The notes: generated by a model not told the origin, from the sequence alone. Positions 52,798 to 62,847 are shown, counted from the first letter of the stretch. The stretch: 64,000 bases of DNA from Candidatus Undinarchaeales archaeon (GCA_030753015.1 JASMDC010000020.1:1-64000), one strand, 5' to 3'. A program made the numbers and translations.

Positions 52798-53712
52798 TCA
52801 GGAGAACTCCTCGACCAGTGCGTCTACAAGGATTCGCATGTCAGAGACGTACGCTCGCGGGAGCGGATCCAGGGGACGGGTTGTGCCATCGAACTCCCTG
52901 GCCACGGTCTCGGCATGGCGGGTCGAGAATTGTGGGTTCACGAAGACGAAGGCCAGATCGTGCGTCCGAGCGTCCTCGATGGCTTGTTGGAGCGCCTGGG
53001 GCGTCGGTTCCTTGCCCTCATGCTCGATCCCCCTCTGGTCGAGGCCGTACTCGCGGGCCAGATAGCTGAAAGATGGGTGGTAGGTCAGGAAGGTCCGGTC
53101 CGTCTTCCCCTCGAAGCTCTGCCGGACATAGGTGTCCAGCTCGTCGAGCTCTGTTAGGTACGCACCCGCGTTCGCGCGGTATTTACCTGAATCGTCCGGG
53201 TCCACTTCTGCAAGGCCTGCTGCGAGGTTCTCCACCATGCGCTTGGAGTTCACCGGGGAGAGCCAGACATGAGGATCGGTGCCCGCTTGGTGACGGAGCT
53301 CATCTCCGTCATGCGACTCACCAATTAGATCGATGCCCGCGGCCCCGTCGATTACGGGGAGCGACGGATTGACACCCAGGAGCTTGTCGAGCCAAGCGGT
53401 CTCGAACTCCACGCCCGATCCCACCTTGAAGTACGCGCTCGCCGAGGCGAGCTCCCGCATCTGCGATGGTGTAGGTTCGTATGTGTGGGGACTAGCTCCA
53501 GGAGGGACCATGAGGACGACGCGCACGCGGTCACCACCTACCCTCTCAACGAACTCGACCTGAGGAGTGAGCGTGACCACGACGACAAGACGGTCGTCGC
53601 TCTCGCCAGCGGGAGGACCGCTATTGCACCCCATGGCGAGCATGAGGAGCACCAGCACGACGTGCGCTCTGTACAGGTACGATCGGTCCGGTACGGGGCA
53701 CGCCGCGGCCAT
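52798..53712 (-). CDS. znuA: Zn/Mn ABC transporter substrate-binding lipoprotein
   Basis: LAMGC lipobox-like, PPGASPHTYEP, DPHVWLSP, YHPSF.Y. Confidence 0.93.
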   Translation of the reverse strand: MAAACPVPDRSYLYRAHVVLVLLMLAMGCNSGPPAGESDDRLVVVVTLTPQVEFVERVGGDRVRVVLMVPPGASPHTYEPTPSQMRELASASAYFKVGSGVEFETAWLDKLLGVNPSLPVIDGAAGIDLIGESHDGDELRHQAGTDPHVWLSPVNSKRMVENLAAGLAEVDPDDSGKYRANAGAYLTELDELDTYVRQSFEGKTDRTFLTYHPSFSYLAREYGLDQRGIEHEGKEPTPQALQQAIEDARTHDLAFVFVNPQFSTRHAETVAREFDGTTRPLDPLPRAYVSDMRILVDALVEEFS

Positions 53713-53784
53713 GTTGCCGAGAGCTAGGTCGAAGTTTAATAACCCATGGGCTCCCGGACGGGACGCGGACCACAGGGGCGCCTT

Positions 53785-55155
53785 CTACTCTTCCTTATTC
53801 ACGACCTCTCTCTCGAACCGATCAAGCACATCGTCCAGGTCCGGGTTGCCGATGGTGGCAAGCTCGTAGTGCACACGAACGGTGGGCTTGTTAATGGTCA
53901 TGATGCGGTTTAGGTCGATGGGCGTGCCCATGACCACAACCTCAGCATCGCTCTCGTTGATCGTCTTCTCAAGGTCCTTCACCTGCTCGGGCGAGTAGCC
54001 CATGGCGGGCAGCACCTTCTCCAGGTGCGTGAACTTCTCGTAGACGTCCTTGAGCGAGCCTACTGCCGAGTCGCGGCCGTCCACCATCTCGGCAGCGCCG
54101 AACTTCTCCGCCGCGATGAGCCCTGCTCCGTAACCCATGCCACCATGGGTGCAGGTGGGGCCGTCCTCAACGACGAGGACACGCTTGCCCTCGACGAGGG
54201 AGACATCCTCAACGGTGATGACCGAGGCGGCGTCAACGATGGTCGCGTCAGGGTTCACCTCACGCGCGTTGTTGCGTACGGTCTCTATGTCTTTGTAGTC
54301 GGCAGTGATCTCTTTGCTGATGAGGACCACATCGGCGGTACGGAGGTTGACCTCGCCGGGGTGGTAGGCCAGTTCGTGGCCCGGGCGGTGGGGATCGACG
54401 AGAGTTATCTGGAGATCGGGCTTGTAGAAGGACACATCGTTGTTACCGCCATCCCAGAGGATTATGTCGGCCTCCTTCTCGGCCTCAGCGAGTATCTTCC
54501 CGTAATCGACACCCGCGTACACGACCATGCCCCGATCGATGTAAGGTTCGTATTCCTCCCGTTCCTCGATGGTGCACTCGTGTATGTTCAGGTCGTCGTA
54601 AGTTTCGAACCGCTGGCACTCCTGCTTCGCCAGGTCGCCGTAGGGCATGGGATGGCGCACGGCCACCACGTTGTAACCCCGCTCGATAAGCACATCGGCG
54701 ATGGCACGCGTGGTCTGGCTCTTGCCACACCCGGTGCGCACGGCGTTGACAGCGATGACGGGCTTGGACGACTCGAGCATGACATCGTCGGTGCCCAGAA
54801 GCTGGAAGTTCGCGCCTGCTGCGAGCACGATGGATGCCTTGTGCATCACGTCCTCATGGGCCAGGTCGCTGTAGGAGAGCAGCACGGTCTTCACGTTGTG
54901 CTCCTTGATGAGTCGTGGCAGCTCGCCCTCGTCGTAGATGGGGACACCGTCCGGATAGAGCTCACCCGACAGCTGGGCGGGATAGGTACGCCCGTCGATG
55001 TCGGGGATCTGGGTCGCCGTGAAGGCCACTACATTATAATGCGCGTCCTCGCGGAACTTGACATTGAAATCGTGGAAGTCGCGCCCCGCGGCGCCCATGA
55101 TGATGACGTTCTCACGCTCGGCGTCCTGATTAATCGTATCTTCGACATCGTACAT
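53785..55155 (-). CDS. Cyclic 2,3-diphosphoglycerate synthetase-like P-loop NTPase (COG2403 type)
   Basis: MGAAGRDFHDFN, AVRTGCGKSQT, RHPMPYGDL, TIEEREEYEP, WDGGNND, EDGPT.THGGM. Start ATG 55155. Confidence 0.88.
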   Translation of the reverse strand: MYDVEDTINQDAERENVIIMGAAGRDFHDFNVKFREDAHYNVVAFTATQIPDIDGRTYPAQLSGELYPDGVPIYDEGELPRLIKEHNVKTVLLSYSDLAHEDVMHKASIVLAAGANFQLLGTDDVMLESSKPVIAVNAVRTGCGKSQTTRAIADVLIERGYNVVAVRHPMPYGDLAKQECQRFETYDDLNIHECTIEEREEYEPYIDRGMVVYAGVDYGKILAEAEKEADIILWDGGNNDVSFYKPDLQITLVDPHRPGHELAYHPGEVNLRTADVVLISKEITADYKDIETVRNNAREVNPDATIVDAASVITVEDVSLVEGKRVLVVEDGPTCTHGGMGYGAGLIAAEKFGAAEMVDGRDSAVGSLKDVYEKFTHLEKVLPAMGYSPEQVKDLEKTINESDAEVVVMGTPIDLNRIMTINKPTVRVHYELATIGNPDLDDVLDRFEREVVNKEE

Positions 55156-55283
55156 ACGTACCACTTTCCCTGGGATTGTCTTCGATAGACCCGTGCCCAG
55201 CTCGAAACAGCAGGAGATTCGGTTTATATGTGTGGGTTTTGGGGCATGTGGTACTTGCGCTTGGTGACAGATGGTGCTGTCCT

Positions 55284-55298
55284 GTGTCATAGTGACAC
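55284..55298. promoter_or_regulatory. Perfect inverted repeat GTGTCA-TAG-TGACAC (operator or hairpin)
   Basis: Intergenic, between the HD gene end and the TATA (TTTATAT at ~55223) of the COG2403 gene. Confidence 0.4.
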
Positions 55299-55321
55299 GA
55301 TGCCTGGGCAGTAAATCCTAA

Positions 55322-56026
55322 TTATGCGTAGGCCTCGGCGGCCGACGGAGCGACATCGTCGGGTTCGGGCTCCTCGTAGAAGTACTTCTCCCCCACGAGC
55401 TTGGCCCCCTCCACCAGTCCCTTCATATAGGCGACACGGTCCTTGGCAAAGGCCGTACCACCTTTGGTGGACAAGAGAGTACTGTTCTCATAGCGGGTTA
55501 TGTAGGCCTCGATGACCTGGAGTGAGTCCACGGCCTTCTCCCCCATGGTCCACAGCTTCTCACGGTCAGGATTATCAGGATCGTACACGGGCCGGGTAGA
55601 GCCGCCGTATTGGAGGGTGCGTACGCACCGCTCGCCCAGAGCGTCGATTCGATCTGCGTCTGCGAGGACCCGGTCCTCTAGATAGGACAGGGGCTCTCGT
55701 CCTTGGGGATCGTCCACGTAGGTCTCGTGGGAGAGGATAGCGTGTTTGACAGCGTCGACCTTCTCCTGGGGGAATCCGATCTCGTCGAGGATCTCCTCGG
55801 CCATCTGGGCGCCGAGAATCGGGTGCTGGTTTCCGTCCGTGGATGGGACGAGGGGGCGGGCCACGTCGTGGAGGTAGGATGCCGCGAACAGCACGTCATC
55901 ATCGCCGCCCTCGATATCGGCGATGGCCTGAGCGTTCTCATACACTCGCCGCCCGTGCTCGACGCCGTGGCCGATCGAGTGCTGACCGTCCTCCAGTTCC
56001 GCGACAAGATCCTCCCGCCAGCTCAT
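55322..56026 (-). CDS. HD-domain metal-dependent phosphohydrolase
   Basis: H...H..RV, YLHDV, H...GA, ILSH, DADRIDALG. Start ATG 56026, ~25 nt from TTTATATA. Confidence 0.9.
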   Translation of the reverse strand: MSWREDLVAELEDGQHSIGHGVEHGRRVYENAQAIADIEGGDDDVLFAASYLHDVARPLVPSTDGNQHPILGAQMAEEILDEIGFPQEKVDAVKHAILSHETYVDDPQGREPLSYLEDRVLADADRIDALGERCVRTLQYGGSTRPVYDPDNPDREKLWTMGEKAVDSLQVIEAYITRYENSTLLSTKGGTAFAKDRVAYMKGLVEGAKLVGEKYFYEEPEPDDVAPSAAEAYA

Positions 56027-56123
56027 GAGGGGGGTCGGCAGGGGAGGCGGTTTATATACATTCTCCTTGCCCCTGCATGGCGCTAGCGAACATCTTTTAA
56101 AGATGGGGCCTCTCCTACCATCC

Positions 56124-56777
56124 ATGGAAAGAACCGTAGTACTGCTCATCGCTCTGTGCCTCGTCGTGGGTTGCCTGGGTGGCGATGACGCTGGGACCGA
56201 GACCCCGACGGCCACCACACCGCCCAAAGTTCGCACGACGACTACCGAGCCTACCAAGGCCCCCGCCGCAACGGCAGAAACATCTGCCACGCCCGCTGCG
56301 ACGGCCGAACCGACAGAAGCGCCGGTAGCTACAGAGGCGCCTCCGACGGAGACGGTCGAACCGACAGAAGTTGCCACACCTACGCCCTCTCCCCTTGAGG
56401 CAGCGCTGGAGGCCGCCAAGGACGTGACCCGTTCCGAGGGCGATAACGTCATCAGTGACTACTGCGATGCATGGATGAAGAGCTCCTGGGCTGATCCTCC
56501 GGCTCTGGACCATGCGCCTGAAGTGTACGCCACCAAGGTGACCCCCGAGACAGGTCAGTTCCTGATCGAGGAGGAGGAGTACCTTGATGGTAGGACGCTC
56601 ACCAAGTGCGACTGTCGCGTGTACCTGAAGTTCCTCAGCCGTGTGGCCGATAGCGAGGTCCGGGCCGACTTCACCGCAGACACGGACTGCAGCGTGTGGT
56701 CCCATGCCTACGGATGCAAGATCCTCTGCTACGGTGACACCGAGGAAGAGTGCAAGGCCAACCACAACTGCGCCTAG
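56124..56777 (+). CDS. Lipoprotein with a Thr/Pro/Ala-rich linker and small Cys-rich domain
   Basis: LCLVVGC lipobox, long T/A/E/P linker, then a domain with several Cys. Confidence 0.8.
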   Translation: MERTVVLLIALCLVVGCLGGDDAGTETPTATTPPKVRTTTTEPTKAPAATAETSATPAATAEPTEAPVATEAPPTETVEPTEVATPTPSPLEAALEAAKDVTRSEGDNVISDYCDAWMKSSWADPPALDHAPEVYATKVTPETGQFLIEEEEYLDGRTLTKCDCRVYLKFLSRVADSEVRADFTADTDCSVWSHAYGCKILCYGDTEEECKANHNCA

Positions 56778-56799
56778 CGCGGACGGGTGACTGGACGCT

Positions 56800-58176
56800 G
56801 TGAGCGCGCCCGACGACGTGCGATCCGAGCGAACGCTCAGCTTTCCCGAGGGCTTCCTCTGGGGCGCAGCGACAGCGGCCTACCAGATCGAGGGCGCTGT
56901 CAGCGAGGACGGCCGTGCTCCTTCCATCTGGGACGCATTCTGCCGTTCCCCGGGTGCTGTCGAGGACGGTGAGTCCGGCGATGTGGCCTGTGACCACTAC
57001 CACCGGTGGCGCGAGGACATCGCGCTGATGCGAGAGCTGGGCCTGCAGACCTACCGTCTGTCGTTGGCCTGGCCGCGTATCGTCCCGGACGGTGATGGTG
57101 AGGTCAATCCCGAGGGTCTGGTGTTCTATCGCCGTCTACTGGAAGGGCTGCATGAAGCAGGGATCTCCCCCATGGTCACCCTCTATCACTGGGACCTGCC
57201 CCTCAAGCTCCAGGAGCGGGGCGGCTGGGGATCACGGGACACTGTGGATGCTTTCGTCCGGTACGCCAGGACGTGCTACGAGGAGCTGGGCGACCTCGTC
57301 CCGCGATGGGCTACGATCAACGAGCCCTGGTGCGTGGCGATGAAGGGCAACCTCATCGGCGACCATGCCCCCGGTGAGAAGGACCTGTCCACCGCACTGG
57401 CGGTGGCGCACAACGTTCTGCTCGCACATGCACGGGCGGTGGCCGCCTTTCGTGACACCGGCCTCGCGGGGGACATAGGGATCGTGCTGAACCTCACACC
57501 TGCGACTCCTGCTTCGGGCCGTGAGCAGGACGTGGCCGCTGCCCGCCGGTTCGACGGATTCTTCAATCGCTGGTTCCTCGATCCGCTCCTTGCAGGAGCT
57601 TACGCGACTGATATGGTGGAGTGGTACAGCCGCCAGGGTGCCCTGCCACTGGTGTCCACTTGCGAGGTGGAGACGCTGGCCGAACCGATCGACTTCCTCG
57701 GAGTGAACTACTACTACCGCAAGGTCATCCGTGCGTCACGTAACGGCATGCTCCGACTCACCGAGGTTCCCCAGGAAGGCGAGCACACGACCATGGGGTG
57801 GGGGGTGACGCCCGAGGGCATCCATGACATCCTCGTCCGCCTGGCCCGAGACTATCGCCCCATCCCCATCTACATCACCGAGAACGGCGCGGCATTCCCC
57901 GATAAGATTGATCCCGATGGCAGGGTCCGCGATCCCCGTCGCCTGGCATACATCCGCGACCACCTGTCCCAGGTGCACCGTGCCATCGAGGATGGGGTCG
58001 ACGTGCGAGGGTACTATGCCTGGTCGCTCATGGACAACTTCGAATGGGAGCGGGGGTACAGCCAACGGTTCGGTATCGTGTACGTGGACTACCCCACTCA
58101 GCACCGCATCCCCAAGGACTCTGCCCGATGGTACGCACAGATCATCAAGAAGAACGGGCTCCCTGCAGAAGGATGA
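56800..58176 (+). CDS. bglA: GH1 beta-glucosidase
   Basis: FLWGAATAAYQIEG, TLYHWDLP, INEP (acid/base), ITENG (nucleophile), WSLMDNFEW..GY..RFG. Confidence 0.96.
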   Translation: MSAPDDVRSERTLSFPEGFLWGAATAAYQIEGAVSEDGRAPSIWDAFCRSPGAVEDGESGDVACDHYHRWREDIALMRELGLQTYRLSLAWPRIVPDGDGEVNPEGLVFYRRLLEGLHEAGISPMVTLYHWDLPLKLQERGGWGSRDTVDAFVRYARTCYEELGDLVPRWATINEPWCVAMKGNLIGDHAPGEKDLSTALAVAHNVLLAHARAVAAFRDTGLAGDIGIVLNLTPATPASGREQDVAAARRFDGFFNRWFLDPLLAGAYATDMVEWYSRQGALPLVSTCEVETLAEPIDFLGVNYYYRKVIRASRNGMLRLTEVPQEGEHTTMGWGVTPEGIHDILVRLARDYRPIPIYITENGAAFPDKIDPDGRVRDPRRLAYIRDHLSQVHRAIEDGVDVRGYYAWSLMDNFEWERGYSQRFGIVYVDYPTQHRIPKDSARWYAQIIKKNGLPAEG

Positions 58177-58188
58177 CGTGTACCGGGC

Positions 58189-59433
58189 CTATTCCCGCAG
58201 CGTCTCGTAGATCACATCGTACTTCATGATCTCGTACCCGATAACGGAGCCCAGCATCGCAGGGATGGTGGCATCCACACCGAACAGCTCGATACAGAGC
58301 ACCATGGCGGCCACCGGGATGTTGAGCATGGTGGCAAGGATCGCCGACAGTGATACCACGATCATCATTCCCTCGTTCAGCACAAGCCACGCGGCCAGGA
58401 ACTTCCCGAGGAACACACCGAACACCATGGACGGGAACACGAGCCCGACCTAGGCACCGGACATGACGATGAAGGCGATGGCGATAACGTACGAACCCCC
58501 CTGGGTGAAGAGTTCAGAGACGACCATGGGCCGTGCGATGATCTCCTGGATTGTGAAGGGCTTGATCCAGGAGAAACCGAAGGCCAAGCCTATCATCGCG
58601 GCGATCCATATCCCGAGAAGCGGCTTGAGCTCGGTTCCCACGGTCTCCATGAGATAGCCAACGAGGTCGAAGAACTTGATGAGGACCTTGCCGACTATGC
58701 CTACCAGGACGCTTGCGGCGACGATCGTCCAGAGCGATGATATGTCCACCGTCACGGCGTGGACGGGCTCGAGGAACACCGCCTCGGTGCCCGAGAGCAC
58801 GTTGAACGTAATGAACCCGAAGAGGGCCGAGATCATGGCGGGGAATATGTAGGTGTACCGGATGTTCGAGCGGTCGAGGATCTCGGAGGCTATGAGGGCG
58901 GAGGCGATGGGGGTGCGCAACAACGCCGAGCAGGCGGCCGCCATCCCACTGATGAACAATACCCGGCGGTCCCGGTCCCCCAGTCCGAGCGCCCTGCTCA
59001 TCCACGTGCCCAGACCTGCGCACACGTACATCAGCGGACCCACCTTCCCGCCATAGCTGACAACGACGGTGAACAGGGTGGCGAAGTACTTGGCGACGGC
59101 GTTTGTCGGGCTGATGCGGTAGTGCTTCTTCCACGCTGCGGCGTAGAGCACATCGATGTCGGTACCATGGATCTCCGGGATGAGTACGATCAGTGCTGCT
59201 GCGAACACGGTGACCAGTGTGCCGAAGAACACGAAGGAGGGAAGTGGCACTGACAGGGCCGCTTCGAACATGCTCTCGAAGGCGAACACTGCCGCCCCCG
59301 ACAGGCACCCGATGATCAGTGAGAGGATGAGGCGTGTGACAAGGAAGCTGTACATGCGCGTCTCCTCGACGATCTTTTCTTGCATGATTAGGGGCGAGTA
59401 GTCGCCGAGCGAGGCCTGGCGCATATGCACCAC
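58189..59433 (-). pseudogene. ClC-family chloride channel gene interrupted by an in-frame TAG at 58452-58450
   Basis: GGKVGP, GMAAA...RTPIA.A..A.E; ...MSGA*VGLVFPSM..G continues in frame to NIPVAA....ELFG. Confidence 0.8.
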
Positions 59434-59561
59434 GACCCTTGGGACGGGCCCGCCGTTTCTCCAGCACCTTTATGGCCTGGACCGTTGCCTTCTTGCCTGC
59501 CATTAACGCGTTGAACAATACGACCGAGCTTTTTTTATCTTGGTGCCCCAGCGAGGCCGGC

Positions 59562-60305
59562 CTAGAACTCCCGTCCGAACGCCCTGGTGCAGGCGGCGAT
59601 GGTCGCCACGGAGAAGCACGCCATGGCGCCCACGTTGAGCGCGATGCTGTTGGCCCCTTTCCCGAGTATGAGGTGGCGCAGGAGGTCCACGCCGTATGAG
59701 AGCGGGTCCAGGGCCACGAGCGCCCCGAGCCACGATGGTAGCTGCTCGATCGGAAAGAAGGCGCCCGACAGGATGAACATGGGCATGACGATGAAGGACA
59801 TGATGATCGAGTGCCCCTCGAAGGACTCGGAGAGTGCGGCGATTAGCAGGCCCAGGCCGACGATGCCCGAAGAGATGAGCGCCATGGTCCCGAGGATCGC
59901 AGGGACCGCTGCCAGGGGGACGCTGAGCCCCAGGAGCGGTGCCGCCAGCAGGAGCAGGCTGCCCTGGATCATGGCCACCGAGGTGCCCCCCAGGATCTTG
60001 CCCACCACAACCGACGTGCGTCGGATGGGTGCCACCAGTATCTCGCGCATGAAACCGAACTCCCGGTCCCATATCACCGACAGCCCCGAGCCGATGGAGG
60101 TGAACAGCAGGGACATGGCCAGGATGCCAGGGAACATGAACTGGAGGTAGTTCACGTTGTACCGGTCCGCAGTGAAGGCGGTGTTCAGCCCCGAGCCGAT
60201 GAAGAAGAGGAAGAACAGGGGCATGGCCAGCGAGGATACCACCCGGGACTTCTCCCGGGAATAGCGCATCATCTCCCGCAGCCAGATCGTGTAGATGCCC
60301 CTCAA
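59562..60305 (-). CDS. ABC-2 type transporter permease (DrrB-like)
   Basis: FPGILAM, DREFGFMREILVAP, LSGAFFP, DPLSY.VD..R; TTGA overlap with the ATPase gene. Confidence 0.93.
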   Translation of the reverse strand: MRGIYTIWLREMMRYSREKSRVVSSLAMPLFFLFFIGSGLNTAFTADRYNVNYLQFMFPGILAMSLLFTSIGSGLSVIWDREFGFMREILVAPIRRTSVVVGKILGGTSVAMIQGSLLLLAAPLLGLSVPLAAVPAILGTMALISSGIVGLGLLIAALSESFEGHSIIMSFIVMPMFILSGAFFPIEQLPSWLGALVALDPLSYGVDLLRHLILGKGANSIALNVGAMACFSVATIAACTRAFGREF

Positions 60306-61333
60306 CTCCGAGATCGTCTCCCCCTCCTGTGTACTATCTGTCGGATATGGTCCATGGCGTTCCCGTTCTCTGCCCGGAGGTCGGTTCCGGTGTGCTTGAG
60401 GAAAACATCGTTGAGCGTGGGGGTGCGAAGGTTCACCGAGCGGATACGGACCTTGGCGTCCCGGCACGCGTCCACTACGAGGGGGATCAGGGTATCGCCT
60501 CCTTTGGCCGTGACCATGAGCTTTCCTTTGCTCTCGTCCACGCTGAGCACACCATCAAGTCCCTCCAATGCGGTCCTGGCGGCGGCCACGTCGTCCCCCG
60601 AGGCGGTCTCCACGGTTATCAGGTCACCGCCCACCCCCTCCTTTAGCTCCGCCGGTGAGCCCGTGGCCACGATTCGCCCGTGGTCGATGACAGCTATGCG
60701 GTTGCAGAGTGCGTCCGCCTCGTCCATGTAGTGCGTAGTGAGGATGATGGTGACGTCCTTCTCCTTGTTCAGGGTGCGGACGTGCTCCCAGATGTGGTGC
60801 CGAGTCTGGGGATCGAGCCCAAGGGTGGGCTCGTCAAGGAAGAGCAGTCGGGGGTGATGGATGAGGCCGCGGGCGATCTCCAGGCGACGTTTCATACCTC
60901 CCGAGAACGTCTTGACGTCCCGGTCGGCATCATCCGTCAGCTCCACAAGCTGCAGCACTTCAGCTATACGTCGTGTTGCGAGGTCATTCGGTACATCGTA
61001 GAGCATGGCATGCAGCGTCAGGTTCTCGCGAGCCGTGAGCTTCGTGTCGAGGCTCGGGTCCTGGAACACGACACCTATGGACTTCCTGACCGCAAGAGGA
61101 TCGCCGACAACGTCGACCCCATCTACCTCTGCCGAGCCTGCTGTAGGTATGAGCAGAGTGCAGAGCAGGGATATGGTAGTAGTCTTGCCCGCGCCATTGG
61201 GCCCCAGGAGGCCGAACACCTCACCCTTGGCGACCTCGAGCGTGACATCGTCGACCGCCTTCAGATCGCCGAAGTGCTTTGAGAGCCCTTTCATACGGAT
61301 CATGGGCTTACCGGTGTTCTCACGCTCACCCAT
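60302..61333 (-). CDS. ABC transporter ATP-binding protein (DrrA-like)
   Basis: GPNGAGKTT, FSGGMKRRLE, LFLDEPT.GLDP, TTHYM.EA, PTLNDVFL..TG. Confidence 0.95.
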   Translation of the reverse strand: MGERENTGKPMIRMKGLSKHFGDLKAVDDVTLEVAKGEVFGLLGPNGAGKTTTISLLCTLLIPTAGSAEVDGVDVVGDPLAVRKSIGVVFQDPSLDTKLTARENLTLHAMLYDVPNDLATRRIAEVLQLVELTDDADRDVKTFSGGMKRRLEIARGLIHHPRLLFLDEPTLGLDPQTRHHIWEHVRTLNKEKDVTIILTTHYMDEADALCNRIAVIDHGRIVATGSPAELKEGVGGDLITVETASGDDVAAARTALEGLDGVLSVDESKGKLMVTAKGGDTLIPLVVDACRDAKVRIRSVNLRTPTLNDVFLKHTGTDLRAENGNAMDHIRQIVHRRGRRSRS

Positions 61334-61397
61334 CCACTATCACGCAGGCTGTACGGTAGAGGGGAAGCTTTTAACGTTGCCGTCTTCCCGGAGGGAT

Positions 61398-61416
61398 CCG
61401 ACGTCCAGGACGTCGG
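61398..61416. promoter_or_regulatory. Perfect 9-bp inverted repeat CCGACGTCC-A-GGACGTCGG between divergent promoters
   Basis: Lies between a TATA-like TTTTAA (~61369) and TTAATAAAA (~61461); outer CGTCT/AGACG arms. Confidence 0.5.
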
Positions 61417-61493
61417 TTTCGAGACGAAGGTACCTGCGAGGCGGCGCCATGGGAAAAAGGTTAATAAAAACTGCAGGGACGGAGCGTACTGCG

Positions 61494-62204
61494 ATGAGGC
61501 TGCTGGTGAGCCCACGGAACATGGAGGAGGCCCGTGAAGCGATCGCGGGTGGGACGGACATCCTGGACATCAAGAATCCCGCGGAGGGCTCTCTCGGAGC
61601 GAACTTCCCCTGGGTGGTCCGGTCGATCCGCACTATGGCACCCGCCGGGCTCGAGATCAGCTGTGCCATCGGTGACATGCCGGACCTGCCCGGCACCGCG
61701 TCAATGGCGGCACTGGGTGCGGCCCACGCCGGCGCGGACTACGTGAAGTTCGGGCTCCTGGGACCGAAGACCGGCGAGAGCGCTGTGACACTCGCTCGGG
61801 CGGTCGTCCGTGCCGTAAAGGATGAGTTCGTGGATGTCCGGATCGTGGTCGCTGGGTACGGCGACCATTTGACGGGCGGCACCGTCCACCCCCTGGAGGT
61901 CCCGGGCATCGCAGCGGCGTCCGGATGCGATGTGGCCATGCTCGACACCCTGGGCAAGCGGGGCTCGTGCCTGTTCGATCACATCGGTGCCGACGGTGCG
62001 GCTCGCTTCGTCGACGCTTGCCACGACCACGGACTGCAGGCCGCCCTTGCCGGGAACATTGGAATAGACCATCTTGAGGCGCTGAAGGACACTGGATGCG
62101 ACATAGTCGGGGTACGGGGTGCCGCATGCGAAGGGGGTGACCGGTCGTCCCAACTGAGGGGACACCTCGTTCGGGAGCTGGCGGAGCTCGTCAGGCAGGG
62201 ATGA
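61494..62204 (+). CDS. mfnB: (5-formylfuran-3-yl)methyl phosphate synthase (methanofuran biosynthesis)
   Basis: LLVSP...EA..A..GG.DILDIKNP.EGSLGANFPW, ADYVK.G, MLDT..K, ALAG, GVRGAAC. Confidence 0.93.
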   Translation: MRLLVSPRNMEEAREAIAGGTDILDIKNPAEGSLGANFPWVVRSIRTMAPAGLEISCAIGDMPDLPGTASMAALGAAHAGADYVKFGLLGPKTGESAVTLARAVVRAVKDEFVDVRIVVAGYGDHLTGGTVHPLEVPGIAAASGCDVAMLDTLGKRGSCLFDHIGADGAARFVDACHDHGLQAALAGNIGIDHLEALKDTGCDIVGVRGAACEGGDRSSQLRGHLVRELAELVRQG

Positions 62205-62847
62205 TCCGCGTTCCCCCAAGGGGCTTGCCCGCTGCTATGGACCGAACGATACCTACATCTCCTCCGTGGACGAGGACAGCCTCCATCCCTAAGGACTCAG
62301 CGGCCTGGGGGAAGTGGTCGTCAACCGGCGAGTCATGGAGACGGGAGAGCTCGCTGGCCGCGATGGTCGCGTACCGTTCGGCCTGCCCTCCCTTGCTAGG
62401 ATCGGCGGTGTAGACGCCGTCGACGTCCTTGGCAAGCACGACAAGTTCAGCACCGGCGGCGGCTGCCACGTACAATGCGATCGAGTCGGAGGTGACGTGC
62501 CACCCCTCGGGGATATCGAGAGCAGGGGCCACGCCCATTATGGACACGACCCTCACGCCGGTCCTCTCGCATCGCAGCTCGTCGATCCCTCCTTCGAGCG
62601 GAGCGTCCATGAGCTGGGCGAGCATCCTCGCCATGGACTCCATAGCCAGCAGGGCCATCTTGTGGGAGGTACCGGTGGAGAGCGCGAACCGATCGTCCAA
62701 TGCTCTCACGGTGTCAGCGAGCCCGCCCCCGCCGGGGACGATGATTACATCATTGTCAGCTCCCGTGGCCTTGATATCGTCGAGCAGGGCAAGGAGGCGC
62801 GCCCTGTCACGCGTCAGGCTGCCACCCACCTTCACGACGAGTCTCAT
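62191..62847 (-). CDS. mfnE: Amino-acid-kinase-family protein, MfnE-like
   Basis: VVKVGGSL, VPGGG.LAD.VR, H.MA..AM, W.VTSDSIA, KDVDG; mfn gene context. Confidence 0.85.
   Translation of the reverse strand: MRLVVKVGGSLTRDRARLLALLDDIKATGADNDVIIVPGGGGLADTVRALDDRFALSTGTSHKMALLAMESMARMLAQLMDAPLEGGIDELRCERTGVRVVSIMGVAPALDIPEGWHVTSDSIALYVAAAAGAELVVLAKDVDGVYTADPSKGGQAERYATIAASELSRLHDSPVDDHFPQAAESLGMEAVLVHGGDVGIVRSIAAGKPLGGTRIIPA

Noticed and set aside
54025-55188. Long antisense ORFs (e.g. 54025-55188+, 13795-14826-, 42290-43273-, 62314-63354+)
   Set aside because: Typical shadows of GC-rich genes; the opposite strand carries clear family motifs.
56190-56400. Thr/Pro/Ala/Glu repeat-like stretch
   Set aside because: Ordinary low-complexity linker of an archaeal lipoprotein, not a DNA repeat element.
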